Assembly (NCBI GenBank): GCA_951406725.2 | Contig: OX597822.1 | Span: forward strand, 14,570,001 to 14,634,000 | Reading direction: 5' to 3' | Origin: Octopus vulgaris | Lineage: Eukaryota | Length of the DNA stretch: 64,000 nt | In this document: positions 39,976 to 52,811 of the stretch, in pieces | Layout of the letters: each line of letters begins with the position of its first letter | How positions within the stretch are numbered: the stretch's first letter is position 1 | Notes under the pieces: generated by a model | The model's input: the letters and a program-made list of their open reading frames with translations, nothing else | Told to the model about the DNA's origin: nothing | The model's database searches: none | Translations under genes and position numbers: made by a program

Positions 39976-40379
39976 ATACATATATCTAAATACTGACAGA
40001 CAATACGTGAGAGCTAGATATGCTTAGTATAGAAAACACGTAGCAGTGCTCAAATGAATTTGAACATAAAAGCTTAAACTCCGAATTTTTCATCCACGAC
40101 TAGGTTCACAGCATCAAGAGCGACTGTAAGAGAAACCCGGGACAAGCTGAGACGAGGTAGTGAGGCAGATAAACAGAATTAGACATGGCATATATATACA
40201 TATATATATATATACACATGCATACAGCACATTCACACATATAGTTATATATAGATTTAGATGGATACATGTAGATATTCATAGATACATATAGCTGCAT
40301 ATATTCATAAAGATAAACAAATACATATACATATACACACAAATATAATTACATGGAGCATAAAAGAAATACAGAATAA

Positions 40380-41350
40380 TACGAAAAGAAAACATAATTT
40401 CTTAACTCTTAACTCGACAGCTGTTTTAGGAAGCTCGGAATTCCGAAGTAATCTTAATGTTCCTAATTTGCAAAAGTTATATACAAAGAGTCTTGGGTGA
40501 AACCAATAAACAGCCACACAGAGATATTATTATAAGACCGGCTCCCTTCATCAAGAGGCACCTGGTCTTACAGTTATATCTCCTTGTGTCTATTTACTAG
40601 CTCCTTACTTTCGTGCGTATTTTTGAGAATGTGTTGCTAGAGTATTCTCCCTCAGATACGGATGATATTGTAACTTATCCTGCATTTTATACTGGAACCT
40701 TTTGCATTCGTAATATGTTGGATTCAGCTTGATACCAAGTTTTAATATGTTTGTATTATTAACTGTTTTTAGCTCAATGCTTAGGTACCTATTCACTTTC
40801 AACTGATTTATTTTCGTCAGTTTCTTTTGGCAATTTTTCTAAATTTTTAGCAAACTATAAAGTTAACCGTTTCATTCATGGTGCTACCAAGATTTTTATT
40901 ATTTTTTATTTCTACATCTACTGATATTTACATTATCAATCCCAGGAGTTACATTGGATGTGTTTACACAGGAAATATCGTTAATTTCATTTATTTGCAT
41001 TTTCAAAGATTTGAAACTTTGTGTCAAGGGGTTCTATGAAGTATTGCTATATTTCATATACATCATATTTAGAATTTATATATTAAGACTTCCTCTCTCG
41101 ATAGAAAGGATAAATTAAATCTAATCTTCAAAACCTGTCTTCAACAGAGCATCATTATAAAACGAAGATATATTGGCATTCTAAGAGATATATTCCTTAT
41201 AAAATCTCTTATTGATTTTGGGTGGTTAGTATATTTGCAAATTTAAATAGGACTTACATTAGGTTTATGGAAAGAAAATTTATCTATTTATTGTATCTTT
41301 TAATAGTCCAACCTGAAAAAGAAAGTTATAATTCTTAAAGTTTATTACTG
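40380..41350 (-). mobile_element. Heavily decayed Penelope-like element (RT C-terminal remnant plus 3' region with HHR)
   Basis: Minus-strand translation near 41130-41330: FHKPNVSPI..YTNHPKSI...ISLR...YNDALLKTGF, matching PLE RT KP/SNHP motifs. Confidence 0.6.
40413..40557 (-). ncRNA. Decayed hammerhead with a roughly 105-nt stem-II insertion
   Basis: CUC-UUGAUGA-AGGGAGC[...]GCUUCCU-AAAA-CAGCUG-UC^GAG. Confidence 0.6.
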
Positions 41351-41715
41351 AAACATGGAAGTTATTCACAGCAAAACCATAAAATTCCTCTGAAGATTTG
41401 GCGTTTCAAATCTATAATGCAAAAGCTTACGTAACGATTATCACATAATGCATTCACCAGTAGAACACGAGTAAGATTAAATAATCCACGCTGCTGTATT
41501 AAAGACTCCACAATGAACTCTCTTGTTTTATTCTGTCTTTGAATACACACATTATTCATATGCGTATAACGCTAGGGGTCAGATAATGCTCGACTGATAT
41601 TTGGATATCCAAGAATTTCCATGGAGTTCTATACATTTATAAATGTTAAGGGTATTACAATCAATATAACATAAGTAAACAATCGCGCGTCTACACACTC
41701 ACACATACAAACGCA

Positions 41716-41827
<112 letters not shown>

Positions 41828-42122
41828 TTTGCGAATTTTGCGAATTTTTTTTTTTCTGTAATGAGGTAAAACTGAAACTTGCTAAATTACAAATATTAGA
41901 TTCACTTCTATGTTTCGTGCCACGTATGATCGTTCAGGCAAGAAAATATAAATCACTTTATGAATGCCTGGACAATTACACGTGGCGGGAATCAGTAACA
42001 GAAAGCTATTTGTTGTAATGCAATTGTTATATAGCAACGAAGTAAGTCCTCAGCTGTTATCATGAAACTATACTTTAACACGTGCATTGCGTGCTCTTTC
42101 TCTCATTTGTAACTTCAAATGC

Positions 42123-42177
<55 letters not shown>

Positions 42178-42207
42178 CATACAGGGTGCGGTGTATATAT
42201 ACAGTGC

Positions 42208-42251
<44 letters not shown>

Positions 42252-42284
42252 TACAGGGTGCGGTATATATATACAGAGTGCTGC

Positions 42285-42321
<37 letters not shown>

Positions 42322-42325
<4 letters not shown>

Positions 42326-43160
42326 GGTGAATATATTGTCGTCTAAATTACGCAAAAATGAAAATAATACTGACATCTCATTTTAATAGATATATTTACC
42401 AAAATTACATAAAAGTATCTTGAAATACTAAAGAATAAATTTATTCGATAAATTCGCCATTGGCTTCAACCACAGCCTCCAGACGATTTTGGAATCTCCT
42501 ACAACTCTTCTGGACGGTCTCCTTCTTTAAGTTGGTGAAAGCTGCCATAATCATTGCCTTCAGTTCATCTTTGGTGTTACGAGGAGTGTTGTTGGTTTCT
42601 CGCTCAACTGCGCCTCACACATAATAATCAAGGGTGTTGCAGTCTGGGGAGTTAGGTGGGCAGATTTTAAGGATGATGTGGTCGCAGAAGTTGTCTGGCA
42701 ACCATGACTGCCTTCTCCTGCTTGTGTGGCATAGAGCAAAGTCCTGTTGCTAGATACAAGATGTTCCAGCAGCCACCCTCTACCCAAGGCTAATTATCTC
42801 CTTCAGGCACTTGATGTAGACCTCCATGTTGAGACTGAGGTCATGTGGAAAGATGAATGGAGGCATAACGTCACCATCACTACTGATCACTCCAAACACC
42901 ATGATATTGACTGGATGTTTGATTTTTATCACTCTCGGTTCATGTCCTCAGACTGCACTGTCCTCAGATTGACATCCAAACACTTTGAAATGTTCGTATT
43001 GGATTTTCCAGTGCAAATGCCAAGCAGCAGAGCATGCCGTTTCCAAATTTCTGGCAGATGGAATTGCATCATGACGGTGCCCAACTGACCCTTCTATATT
43101 TTGTAATCAACAAAATCAAAAACAATGCGCATGCGTGAAATTAAACATATAATATGGCGA
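42322..43160 (-). mobile_element. Tc1/mariner (maT/DD37D-like) internally deleted element
   Basis: PPNSPDCNTLDYYV..AVERETN...DELKAMI...SCRRFQNRLEAVVEANGEFIE; TACAGGGTG end in a TA run. Confidence 0.8.
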
Positions 43161-43194
43161 CAATTTACCCATATATATATGACGCCTGTTGTGA

Positions 43195-43485
43195 TGTCCT
43201 GTTATTATTATTGTTTTCTCGTATTATTTTTGTATTTATATTCGTGTAAGATCGTCCGTTTTTCCGTCCTTGTTTCGTGTATACTCGAAGCTATTTTCGA
43301 AGGAATCTAATGCTCTTAGCTTAGTTTTCCTTGGGGCTGGCCAGATTGGAGCAATCTCAAGATTAATCAGCCGAAATTGCGAGGATGATCTGGTTCTTGA
43401 CTGAAGATTAAAGGCTTCGAATGACCCGTCCGTGTTTTTTGTATCGTCTTCTGGATGTTTTGCGTTCTTGTCCCATTTTGTATTT
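43195..43485 (+). repeat. Structured dispersed repeat, copy A
   Basis: See 39320-39650. Confidence 0.7.
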
Positions 43486-43519
43486 TATATATATACATAT
43501 ATATATACTTATGTGTGTG

Positions 43520-43580
<61 letters not shown>

Positions 43581-44254
43581 ATGTGTCTCTGTGTGTGTGT
43601 GAACAGGGGTCTGCTTCACAATGAACTGCTGAATTACAAAGCAGTGGTGAATCCTCATTTGCGAGCATGTGTACGGGCGGCACGCTTTCGTAGCTTCTAC
43701 CATGCCTTCATCAAACTTTTTAGGTACCTGTGTAATCTGGACACCTTTATATCGCCCTCGTTGACCTTGACTTAGTAGCTAATGCATGATACGACATCTG
43801 CAGACAGAGAGAGGGGCTGGAGGGAGCGAAGCAGAGACATCCGGCTGATAGTCATTGACATGTTTAAAGTTGAGAGCAACAGGAAATGGTGTGCTTTGTT
43901 TAGGAGATACAACACGCTGCCCAGCCTTGTGTTAGAAGCCACAACCTTAAGATCACGACACGAATACTCTTGAAACACAAATGGACACAAGCATGACTAA
44001 GTGGTTGAGAGGGGATCACTTTTGCAACCGCATGTTTTCAGGTTGAGTCTCAGTGCATTTAACCTCGGACAATTGGTTCCTATTTGGGCCCCGCGCCGAT
44101 CAATTCCTCCTGAGGGAATTTGCTATACGATTTGGACCACCAAGACCTGCAGTTAAGTTCTGATCTTTGTGGATCTTAACATGTCTTTTTGAGGCTCCAG
44201 TTAAAATTGCAGAACTTATGCAACACACTGCATTATATGTATAGATACACACGC

Positions 44255-45430
44255 GACGGGCTTGTTTCAGTTTCCGTCTACCAAATCCACTCACAAGGGC
44301 TTTGGTCGGCCTAAGGCTAGAGTAGAAAGCACTTGACCAAAATGCCACACAGTGGGACTGAAACCAGAACCATATGGTTGGGAAGCAAGCTTCTTACCAC
44401 AAAGACATGTCTGCGCATACACACACACACACACACATACACACACTCAAGCGTATGCACTCATATACTTATATGCTCGTCTTTGTGTCTGCATTTGTTC
44501 TCCCTTAAGCGGGGTTTGTGGTAAAAAGCTTGCTTCCCAACCACATGGTCCCGGGTTCAGTCCCACTGTGCGGGCACCTTCGGCAACTCTCTTCTACTAT
44601 AGCCTCGGGCGCATAGCTTAGTGGTTAGGGCATTCGGCTCGTTATCGTGAGGTCGTGAATTCAATTACCGATGAAGCGTTGTGTCCTTGAGCAAGACACT
44701 TTATTTTCATGTTACTCCAGCCCACTCAGCTCCATTCAGATGGCAAAAATAAGTAGTACCTGTATTTCAAAGGGCCAGCCTTATCACACTCTGTGTCACG
44801 CTGAATCTCTCTGCGAAATACGTTAATGGTACCCAAGTCTATGTAGTGCTCAGCCATTTGCACGTTAATTTCGTGAGGGACTCTCGTCGTCGTGAGCGAC
44901 GGAGTACTCCTAAATAATCTCGGGCCGACCAAACCCTTGTGAGTGGATTTTCCCAAAAGCAACAAAACACGCTCAGATACTGACATAAACAATATAAACA
45001 TACAGGCGCAGGCTGTGTGGGAAGAAGCTTGCTTCCAAACCACATAGTTCTGGGTTCAGTCCCACTACCTGGCACCTTAGGCAAGCGTCTTCTACTATAG
45101 CCTCGGGCCGATCAAAGCCTTGTGAGTGGATTTTGTAGACGGAAATTGAAAGAATCCCCGGGTATATATATATTTTTTATGTGTGTGTGTATATATGTTT
45201 GTGTATGTCTGTGTGTGTCTCTCCCACCCATTCCCCGCCATTGCTTGATAACCGATGCTGGTATGTTTATGTCTCTGTTATCTAGCAGTTCGGCAAAAGA
45301 CACCGATAGTATAAGTACCAGGCTTACAAAGAAAAAGGCCTGGAGTCGATTTCTTCGACAAAACCTCTTTAAGGCGGTGCTCCAGCATGGCCCCGCAGTC
45401 AGGAATGACTGAAACAAGTAAAACAATAAA
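44255..45430. mobile_element. SINE cluster: B(-) 44255-44415, B(+) 44505-44950 interrupted by C, B(+) 45005-45430
   Basis: Family B head and CORE-like motifs repeated; B sequence resumes CTCGGGCCGACCAAA after the C copy. Confidence 0.8.
44608..44915 (+). mobile_element. SINE family C (tRNA head, GTGTCCTTGAGCAAGACACTT core)
   Basis: GGCGCATAGCTTAGTGGTTAGGGCATTCGG...GAATTCAATTACC; reverse copy at 50692-51010. Confidence 0.8.
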
Positions 45431-46099
45431 ATAATACACACGCGCGTGCGCACACGCACGTATGTCGGCATGTTCTTACACACATGCTAGACATGCGCAC
45501 ACATACACATCAGCACATACGCACACTTACAAAATCACATACACCATTACACACACACACACACATACTCAGCAAGCATGCGATAATGCATGTATACACA
45601 CTCACAGCGCTACATCACACACACACACCCTAAACTACAGAAAGAAATAACAACACAGGGGCACAAGACATCATCGTGTCACACACGCACCCACACATAA
45701 CGACACACACGCATACAACGCTACACACAGACACATTGACACGTACGTCCACCTACAAACATCCACATACATACACACACACACCTCCATATACCCTACA
45801 AAAGAAAGAGCCACGAACGGCAGGTGCACGGGGTGTCGGTTGCACGCCAAATAAAGAAGTATATAAAAAAGAACACTTTTTCTCAATAGATTCATTGGGG
45901 GTTGGAGGAGCGGTAGGAGGGGGAGGATGACGAGTGGTGGTGGTCGTCGTAGTATAGGGGAGAGGGGAAGGGGACATGTCTGGGTGAGTTTAGAAGGGTA
46001 CATAAGGGTGGGGTTGGGTTAGATTAAGAGACGGTATTCGGGGTGGAGGGTGATGGGACTGGATTAAAAGAAACTGAAATTACGTGTTGGTGGTAGTGA

Positions 46100-46600
46100 C
46101 GGTGGTGGTGGTGGTGATGACATGATGATGACGGGTCGGGGTAGGTGACGGTGATGGGGATTTGTTTGTGGCGATAGTGGTGGTGGTGGTGGTGGTGATG
46201 ACATGATGATGACGGGTCGGGGTAGGTGACGGTGATGGGGATCGTTTGTGGCGATAGTGGTGGTGGTGGTAGTGGTGGTGGTGGTGGTGTTGGTGGTAGT
46301 TACTGTGATGGTGATGTCGGTGGTGGTGGTGATGGTGGAGGTGGTGGTGATAGTGGTGGTGATAGTGGTGGTGGTGGTGGTGGTGATAGTAGTGGTGGTG
46401 GTGGTGGTGGTGGAGATGGTGGTGATAGTGGTGGTGATAGTGGTGGTGGTGGTGGTGTTAATGTTGAAGGCAGGGCGCAATATATCGAAGTTACTGATGC
46501 GAAACTAGGAATAACGATAGCAACCGCGACGACGACGGCGGCGATGACGACGATGAGGATGATGATGATGATGATGATGATGATGCGGGTGGTGGTGGTG
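46100..46600. repeat. (GGT/GAT)n low-complexity tract with an approximately 78-bp tandem duplication
   Basis: GATGACATGATGATGACGGGTCGGGGTAGGTGACGGTGATGGGGAT..TTTGTGGCGATAG occurs twice. Confidence 0.85.
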
Positions 46601-47019
46601 GTGAGTATATTTGATGAGTATTGTCATCAGAATCGCCTTCCGTTCTATAATTGGTGCTTATTTGATCTACTTCTTGATGTGTATGTGTTTGTGTGTTTGT
46701 ATGTATGTGTTCTTGCTTGTTTGATTGTGCGTGTGTGTGTGTGTGTGTACAATCAATAAAATCGATGAGGCTGTATTTCGATTCAGACCATAAAGTCGAT
46801 TCTCAGATGCTCTACCCATTTCATGGTTGTCAGTAATAATAACTGTTCAAATTTAGTCAGAAGGCCAACGGTTTTGTGGGGAAGAAAAGGATCGATTACA
46901 TTGACCCCAGGATTTGACCGGAAACTATTCCATCGATCTCGAAAAGATGGAAAGCAAAGTCTGCCTCGGCGGAATTTGCAATCAAAACATAAACTCGATA
47001 GAAACACTCCTCAAGCAGT

Positions 47020-47515
47020 GGATCTCATGGCTTCTGATCTTAACTGATTGGAAGTATTATCATGTACATTGTTTTGTCCTGGTATAAAAGATGGGCTACA
47101 GCAAATATTCTGCTCAGTACCACAGATTTGCTTGTCAGTTGTTTGACCGTAACCAGTTGAGCATTTCCCTTAAAAGATGATGTCATGTGCATCTCTGATC
47201 ACGAGCAGAAGTAGTGGGGAAGCATCATAGCCATGTGTTGAGAGGGATATTTTGGAGTGTGAATATTTAACCTTTGGAAAAATGCGTGTTTCTTTCATCA
47301 TCCTTAAACAAACATTATTCAGAGACCTTTTGGGCCCCTCCTGCAAGGTCATGCGCTGACAATCTTGATATAAGTTCAGCATGTCGTACACATATGGTTG
47401 TGATGCATGTGCCTGGTGTACCCTTATCAGACGGGTAGTCATGGTGGGTATAATGAGCTTTGTATATTTTACCCCAGTGTCACTTTGATGGCATGCATTA
47501 CTCTCTAACTCAATA
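47020..47515 (+). mobile_element. About 500-bp (AAT)n-tailed dispersed element; second copy at 59450-60148 (-)
   Basis: CTCATGGCT.CTGATCTTAACTGATTGGAAGT...CTCTGATCACGAGCAGAAGTAGTGGGGA shared between copies. Confidence 0.75.
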
Positions 47516-47521
47516 TTGATG

Positions 47522-47593
<72 letters not shown>

Positions 47594-47595
<2 letters not shown>

Positions 47596-48079
47596 CCTTT
47601 CTACTTTGGGTACAAGGCCCGAAATTTTCCGGGTTGGGATATAATCGATTATATCAAACTGCTTCTTATTTGATGATCGGTTCCCAGAGGATGAAAAACA
47701 AGATCAACCTGGGCGGAATTTGAATTCAGAAAAGTATAAAGACGAACGAAATGGCGCAGAGCATTTGTCCGACGCACCACCGATTCTGTCAGTTCACCGC
47801 CTTAACAAGAACAATAACAACAACAATAGTAATGATTGCAAATTTTGGCACAAAGCCAGCAATCTCGGGGTGGAGGGGTAAGTCGATTAAATTCACCTCA
47901 GTATTCAACTGGTACTTATTTTATCGACCCCGAAAGGATGTAAGGCAAAGTTGACCACTCTGGTACTTGAACTCAGAATGTAAAGACGGACGAAATACCG
48001 TTGAGTTTTTGCCCGGTATGGAAACGATTCCGTTGAGTATTTTACCCATCATGCAAACAATTCTGCCAGCTCGCCGCCT
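47594..48079 (-). mobile_element. Two SINE family A copies (tail B)
   Basis: Heads end at about 47802 and 48079. Confidence 0.75.
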
Positions 48080-48164
48080 TAAGCAACAACAATAATAATA
48101 AAGGAGATGTACTTGCATAGCAAGTGACCTGATCTGAGATCGTGTGTTGGAACGAAAACAATTT

Positions 48165-48373
48165 CAGCGTGGAAGGTGTTTATAAGCCATTTAAGAAACA
48201 CACAAAAACCGTTAGATTCACTTCAATATTTAAATGCAGCACGGAATTTTGTCAGTGAACAGGTCGCGGTCTCAAAACGACGAAAATATTTTGGCAAGTT
48301 AAATTTAAATATTGAAGTGAATCTAACGATTTCTGTGTGTTTCTTAAATGGCTTATAAACACCTTCCACGCTG
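48165..48373. mobile_element. Palindrome (about 71-bp arms) with a hammerhead-like spacer
   Basis: CAGCGTGGAAGGTGTTTATAAGCC...ATTTAAAT / ATTTAAAT...GGCTTATAAACACCTTCCACGCTG. Confidence 0.9.
48248..48298 (+). ncRNA. Hammerhead-like motif with a swapped G3:C8 core pair
   Basis: UUUGUCA-GUGAACA-G-GUCG[..]CGAC-GAAA-AUAU-UU^UGGCAAG. Confidence 0.6.
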
Positions 48374-49681
48374 CAATAATAATGATATTTAACCCATTAA
48401 CTGCCAAATTTTTAATTCATATTTTTGGGCTTTGCCAGGTGTCTTAAGAGTTAAAATAGTATATAGTATTATGTGATATATTTTGGAAATTATGATAAAG
48501 CTTTCGATAAGTCCCAAATAGAGATCGCTGATTAAAAGCATATTTCTGTTAAATTTCAATAATAAATATTCTAGCATTTTTGAAACTGTAGTATCAAATG
48601 CGAATGTGTATGAAATATCAATGAATGATATAGATGGGAAATGCAAAATAAGAGAAAAAAGAGAAAAAACAGTCAATAATTTTGTCGTTCAAAAATTGCG
48701 ATTTATGACATAAAATGTCGTCTAGAATTAGCCAGAGCTAATAATGGTAAAGTTTAACTACTAAATATTGTTAAGCACACCTCTGCAAATGCAATGTCCA
48801 TAAGCAATTCACTTTAAATACAACGAACAACCAGCAGTGGGACTGTTTTTAGCAGATCCCCAAATGGGGTTCACCGCAGGTTAATTTTTTACTTCAAGGG
48901 TCTATGCCCGCATACATACAACAACGTTGTAAAAGTTTACAGGAAATGTGAAGGTTGTACAAAATAGCTTTTATGAAAATAACGGGTGGAGCAAAAACAC
49001 AATACTCTATAAAAGATAAAAGCTGAGTAACCCATTGTTGCTGGGAAATGTTCATAATAGAATGCCTTTATCTAAATTTTTGATTCCACGTCAGACCATG
49101 TCTTCCCTGTGCAACTTCTCGCCAAAAAGTTTCGTTGAAGATTTTTCATTTTTAAATAATATTCATGTCTGTTCGACCGTTTCACATGTCTCTATTCATT
49201 AAAACTTAACTAAAACCTCAGAACATTTTACAACTTGCGCCGTCGTATTATGTTGCTTTCATTTTGTTTAAGAAAAGTTCGTCGTCGTAATGTTTTTGCT
49301 ATCATTTTGTGATAGACAGCTCTCGGGCAGAAAATGCCAGCTTCGAAGTCCTGGTTTTTGATTAGGTAAAATGATCTAACCTCTGTAACATTTTTCTGCA
49401 ATTTTTCTGCTACAAATAACGTAGTCGGATTCAGCAAAAGAATAAAAGAAAAGCACATCAACATTGCAAATTGAAAAATTTCACTTAATTTTGAAGTTTC
49501 AAAATCTGTCTGTTACAGCAATAGAAAAGATCCGAGAGAGGTAGACAGAGAGACAGTCATAAGACGCGACGCACGCACACACATATGTATATATGCATAC
49601 ACACGCACATTCACACACGCATACATATGTATATATGTTTTTACACACATACATACACAGGCAAACACATACATACATGCA

Positions 49682-49734
<53 letters not shown>

Positions 49735-49880
49735 ATGAAATTTACTTCGAAATAACAAACTGAGACAGCTGTAAATGTTCTTGAACTACAATTAAACTAT
49801 GACCTTTTAATACCAAAGATCAACTTCTAATTGTTAATTGTTGCTCCACTTATTTTCTTATCGGAGTATTATACACACAC

Positions 49881-49934
<54 letters not shown>

Positions 49935-50552
49935 ACACACAATCGCACACACCCTCAGGTAACAATGAGTTTAAGATGGAACCTTCTAAAAGCATTGAAG
50001 GTTGGCGATCTGAAAGCTGAGTTATTATTCGTAGTAAAAGTATTTTTTGATCACAAATAACCAAAAGCCGTCTCCTTGCCACTCAGACTTCGACAACTAA
50101 ATCTGTTTTTGTCTCGGATGCTCCGTTTCGAGGCCTTTCCGAGAAATACACATACACACATCATCATCATCATGATCACCATCACCGTTTAATGTCCACC
50201 TTCCATGCTAGCACGGGTGGGACAATACGCATACATGTTCATTTATATTGTAAATATTGAGGATTAGGTGCATATAGAAATAAAATTCACAGAAGATATA
50301 CATACATACATACATATATATATATGCATGCATACATACATACATACATACATACATACACATATATATGCATGCATACATACATACATACATACATACA
50401 TACATACATACATAGATACACGCATACATACAGGCATACATACATACAGGCATACATTCATACGTACATACATATATATATTTTTTTTTTTTGTACTTGT
50501 TTCAGTCATTTGACTGCGGCCATGCTGGAGCACCGCCTTTTAGAGTGGTGAA

Positions 50553-50690
50553 AGAGTACAGCAGGGATCACCACCTCCTGCCGGAGCCTCGTGGAGCTTT
50601 TAGGTGTTTTTTTTCGCTCAATAAACACACACAGCGCCCGGTCTGGGAATCGAAACCGCGATCCTCCGACCGCAAGTCCGCTGCCCTTAA
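50553..50690 (-). mobile_element. tRNA-derived SINE family D (5'-truncated)
   Basis: AAGGGCAGCGGACTTGCGGTCGGAGGATCGCGGTTTCGATTCCC (B box). Confidence 0.6.
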
Positions 50691-50691
50691 A

Positions 50692-51010
50692 AGACTCCGC
50701 CGGTTACGACGACGAGGGTCCCAGCTGATACGATCAACGGAACAGCTTGCTCGTGAAATTAACGTGCAAATGGCTGAGCATTCCACAGACACGTGTACCC
50801 TTAACGTAGTTCTCGGGGATAATCAGCGTGACACAGAGAGTGACAAGGCTGACCCTTTGAAATACAAGTACGACTCATTTTTGCCAGCTGAGTGGACTGG
50901 AGCAACGTGAAATAAAGTGTCTTGCTCAAGGACACAACGCGTCGCCGGGAATCGAACTCACAACCTTACGATCATGTGCCGAATGCCCTAACCACTAGGC
51001 CATTGCGCCT
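50692..51010 (-). mobile_element. SINE family C, full length
   Basis: GGCGCAATGGCCTAGTGGTTAGGGCATTCGG...GAGTTCGATTCCCGG. Confidence 0.85.
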
Positions 51011-51237
51011 CCACTATACATACACACACACGCATGCGTGCATAAATATATACATACATACATTCATGCATGCATGCATGAATGCATACATAGCAACAAT
51101 CAAACAAACTCCTCGCATACAGACACAAACTGACATATTTACGCTTGCATTTGATAAGCAACCAATTTATTATAAGCAGAACATCCGGTCGATGTAACGA
51201 GCCATTTCATATCTTGTTAATATTTCATTTTCGATAA

Positions 51238-51452
51238 AGCGCTGAGTTGGCAGAAACGTAAGCACGTCGGGCGAAATGCTTAGCGATATTTCGTCTGTCT
51301 TTACGTTCTGTGTTCAAATTCCGACGAGGTCGACTTTGCCTTTCATCCTTTCGGGGTCGATAAATTAAGTACCAGTTGCATACTGGAGTTGATCTAATCG
51401 ATTGGCCCCCTCCACCAAAATTTCAAGCCTTGTACCTAAAGGAGAAAAGAAT
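51238..51452 (+). mobile_element. SINE family A, tail B
   Basis: Head, core and tail present. Confidence 0.8.
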
Positions 51453-51552
51453 ATTTCGGGTTTGATATTTAACATCTTGAGATCCATAGCTCTAAATTCT
51501 CAATAGCCTCTGTGTGTGTGTGTGTGTGTGTGCATACATACACAAATACACA

Positions 51553-51607
<55 letters not shown>

Positions 51608-52763
51608 TATATATATGAAAGATTCGCTTCTAACGGTTGAAAATGGAAAAGCTTTACAAAAGAAGGTGGAAATACTGAGTTGTAGAAGGTTTTCCCTATT
51701 GAATTAATTCACGTTCTCTCAAAGATTCTAAATTCTTATGGCGTCAGTAGACACACGCACGCACACACACACACACACTTACACACACACACACACTTAC
51801 ACACACAGACATCTTAATCATCTTTGGGAATTTTACTTATATACTGAGCACCCTTATATCTGTTCATGGAGATTGTATACTCACCGTTAGGATTTATTAG
51901 GTCGTATTGCAAATCCTGTAATGACTATAGATTCCGCCCCCACCCACCCCAGTCACATGGTTCCGAGTTCAGTCTCACTGCTTGGCATCCTTATCAAGTG
52001 CCTTCTAGTATAGTCTTCGGCGCCGACCTAAGCCTTTTCAAAAGGTTAGCTAAATGGAGAGATATACATTTTGAAAGATGTATCACACTTCGTTCTTTAG
52101 AAAGTCTTCATAATATTCTCTGGAACTATGCACGAGTTCCTTCGAAACGAACTCAGGACTTACCAATCAAATGGCGTACAACTATAATTGTTCTTTCTAA
52201 ACGGTTCTGAATATCTCCTAATATTCGATGTGGGTAACCACCTCAGGATGCATGTAAGGTGTTTACCTGGATTTAAAATCCCTATTCCTTTGTGTGTGTG
52301 TGTATCGTTATCATCATGTACCTTGTGCCTGCGATGCGTTGATGACCCTTCAACGAAAATCTTCTCAACCAGGCACGAGTGCCTCACTTGCCTTATGTCA
52401 CGCTTGGCCAACCAGCCCTTTGACTGCCCCTTCATCTACTACTCTCTACTCTTTCTCCATCGATAATGTTTTGCTGACTTCTGTTTCTTCGAATATAGCA
52501 TAACCACAATACTGTTTTATATTTACACCACCACCACCACCTCCACCACCTCTTACACCACCACAGCCACCACCACCACCACCACCTCCACCACCTCTTC
52601 CTCCACCACAACCACCACCACCACCACCACCACCACCACCACCACAATCTCTACTTCTACTAAAAAGTGTAATAGCTCCACTGCCCCTACAGGTATTACT
52701 ACTACAACTTGTACTATAAAACCTTAATGTACAACTACACCTCCACAACCACTACTACTACTG

Positions 52764-52811
<48 letters not shown>

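Noticed and set aside
46064-46759. Mucin-like and glycine-rich ORFs
   Set aside because: Derived from the (GGT)n/(GAT)n tract.
48388-48890. TTAACCC piggyBac-like left end
   Set aside because: No convincing matching right TIR found.
52160-52503. Cys-containing ORFs in unique sequence
   Set aside because: No recognisable domain or splice context.
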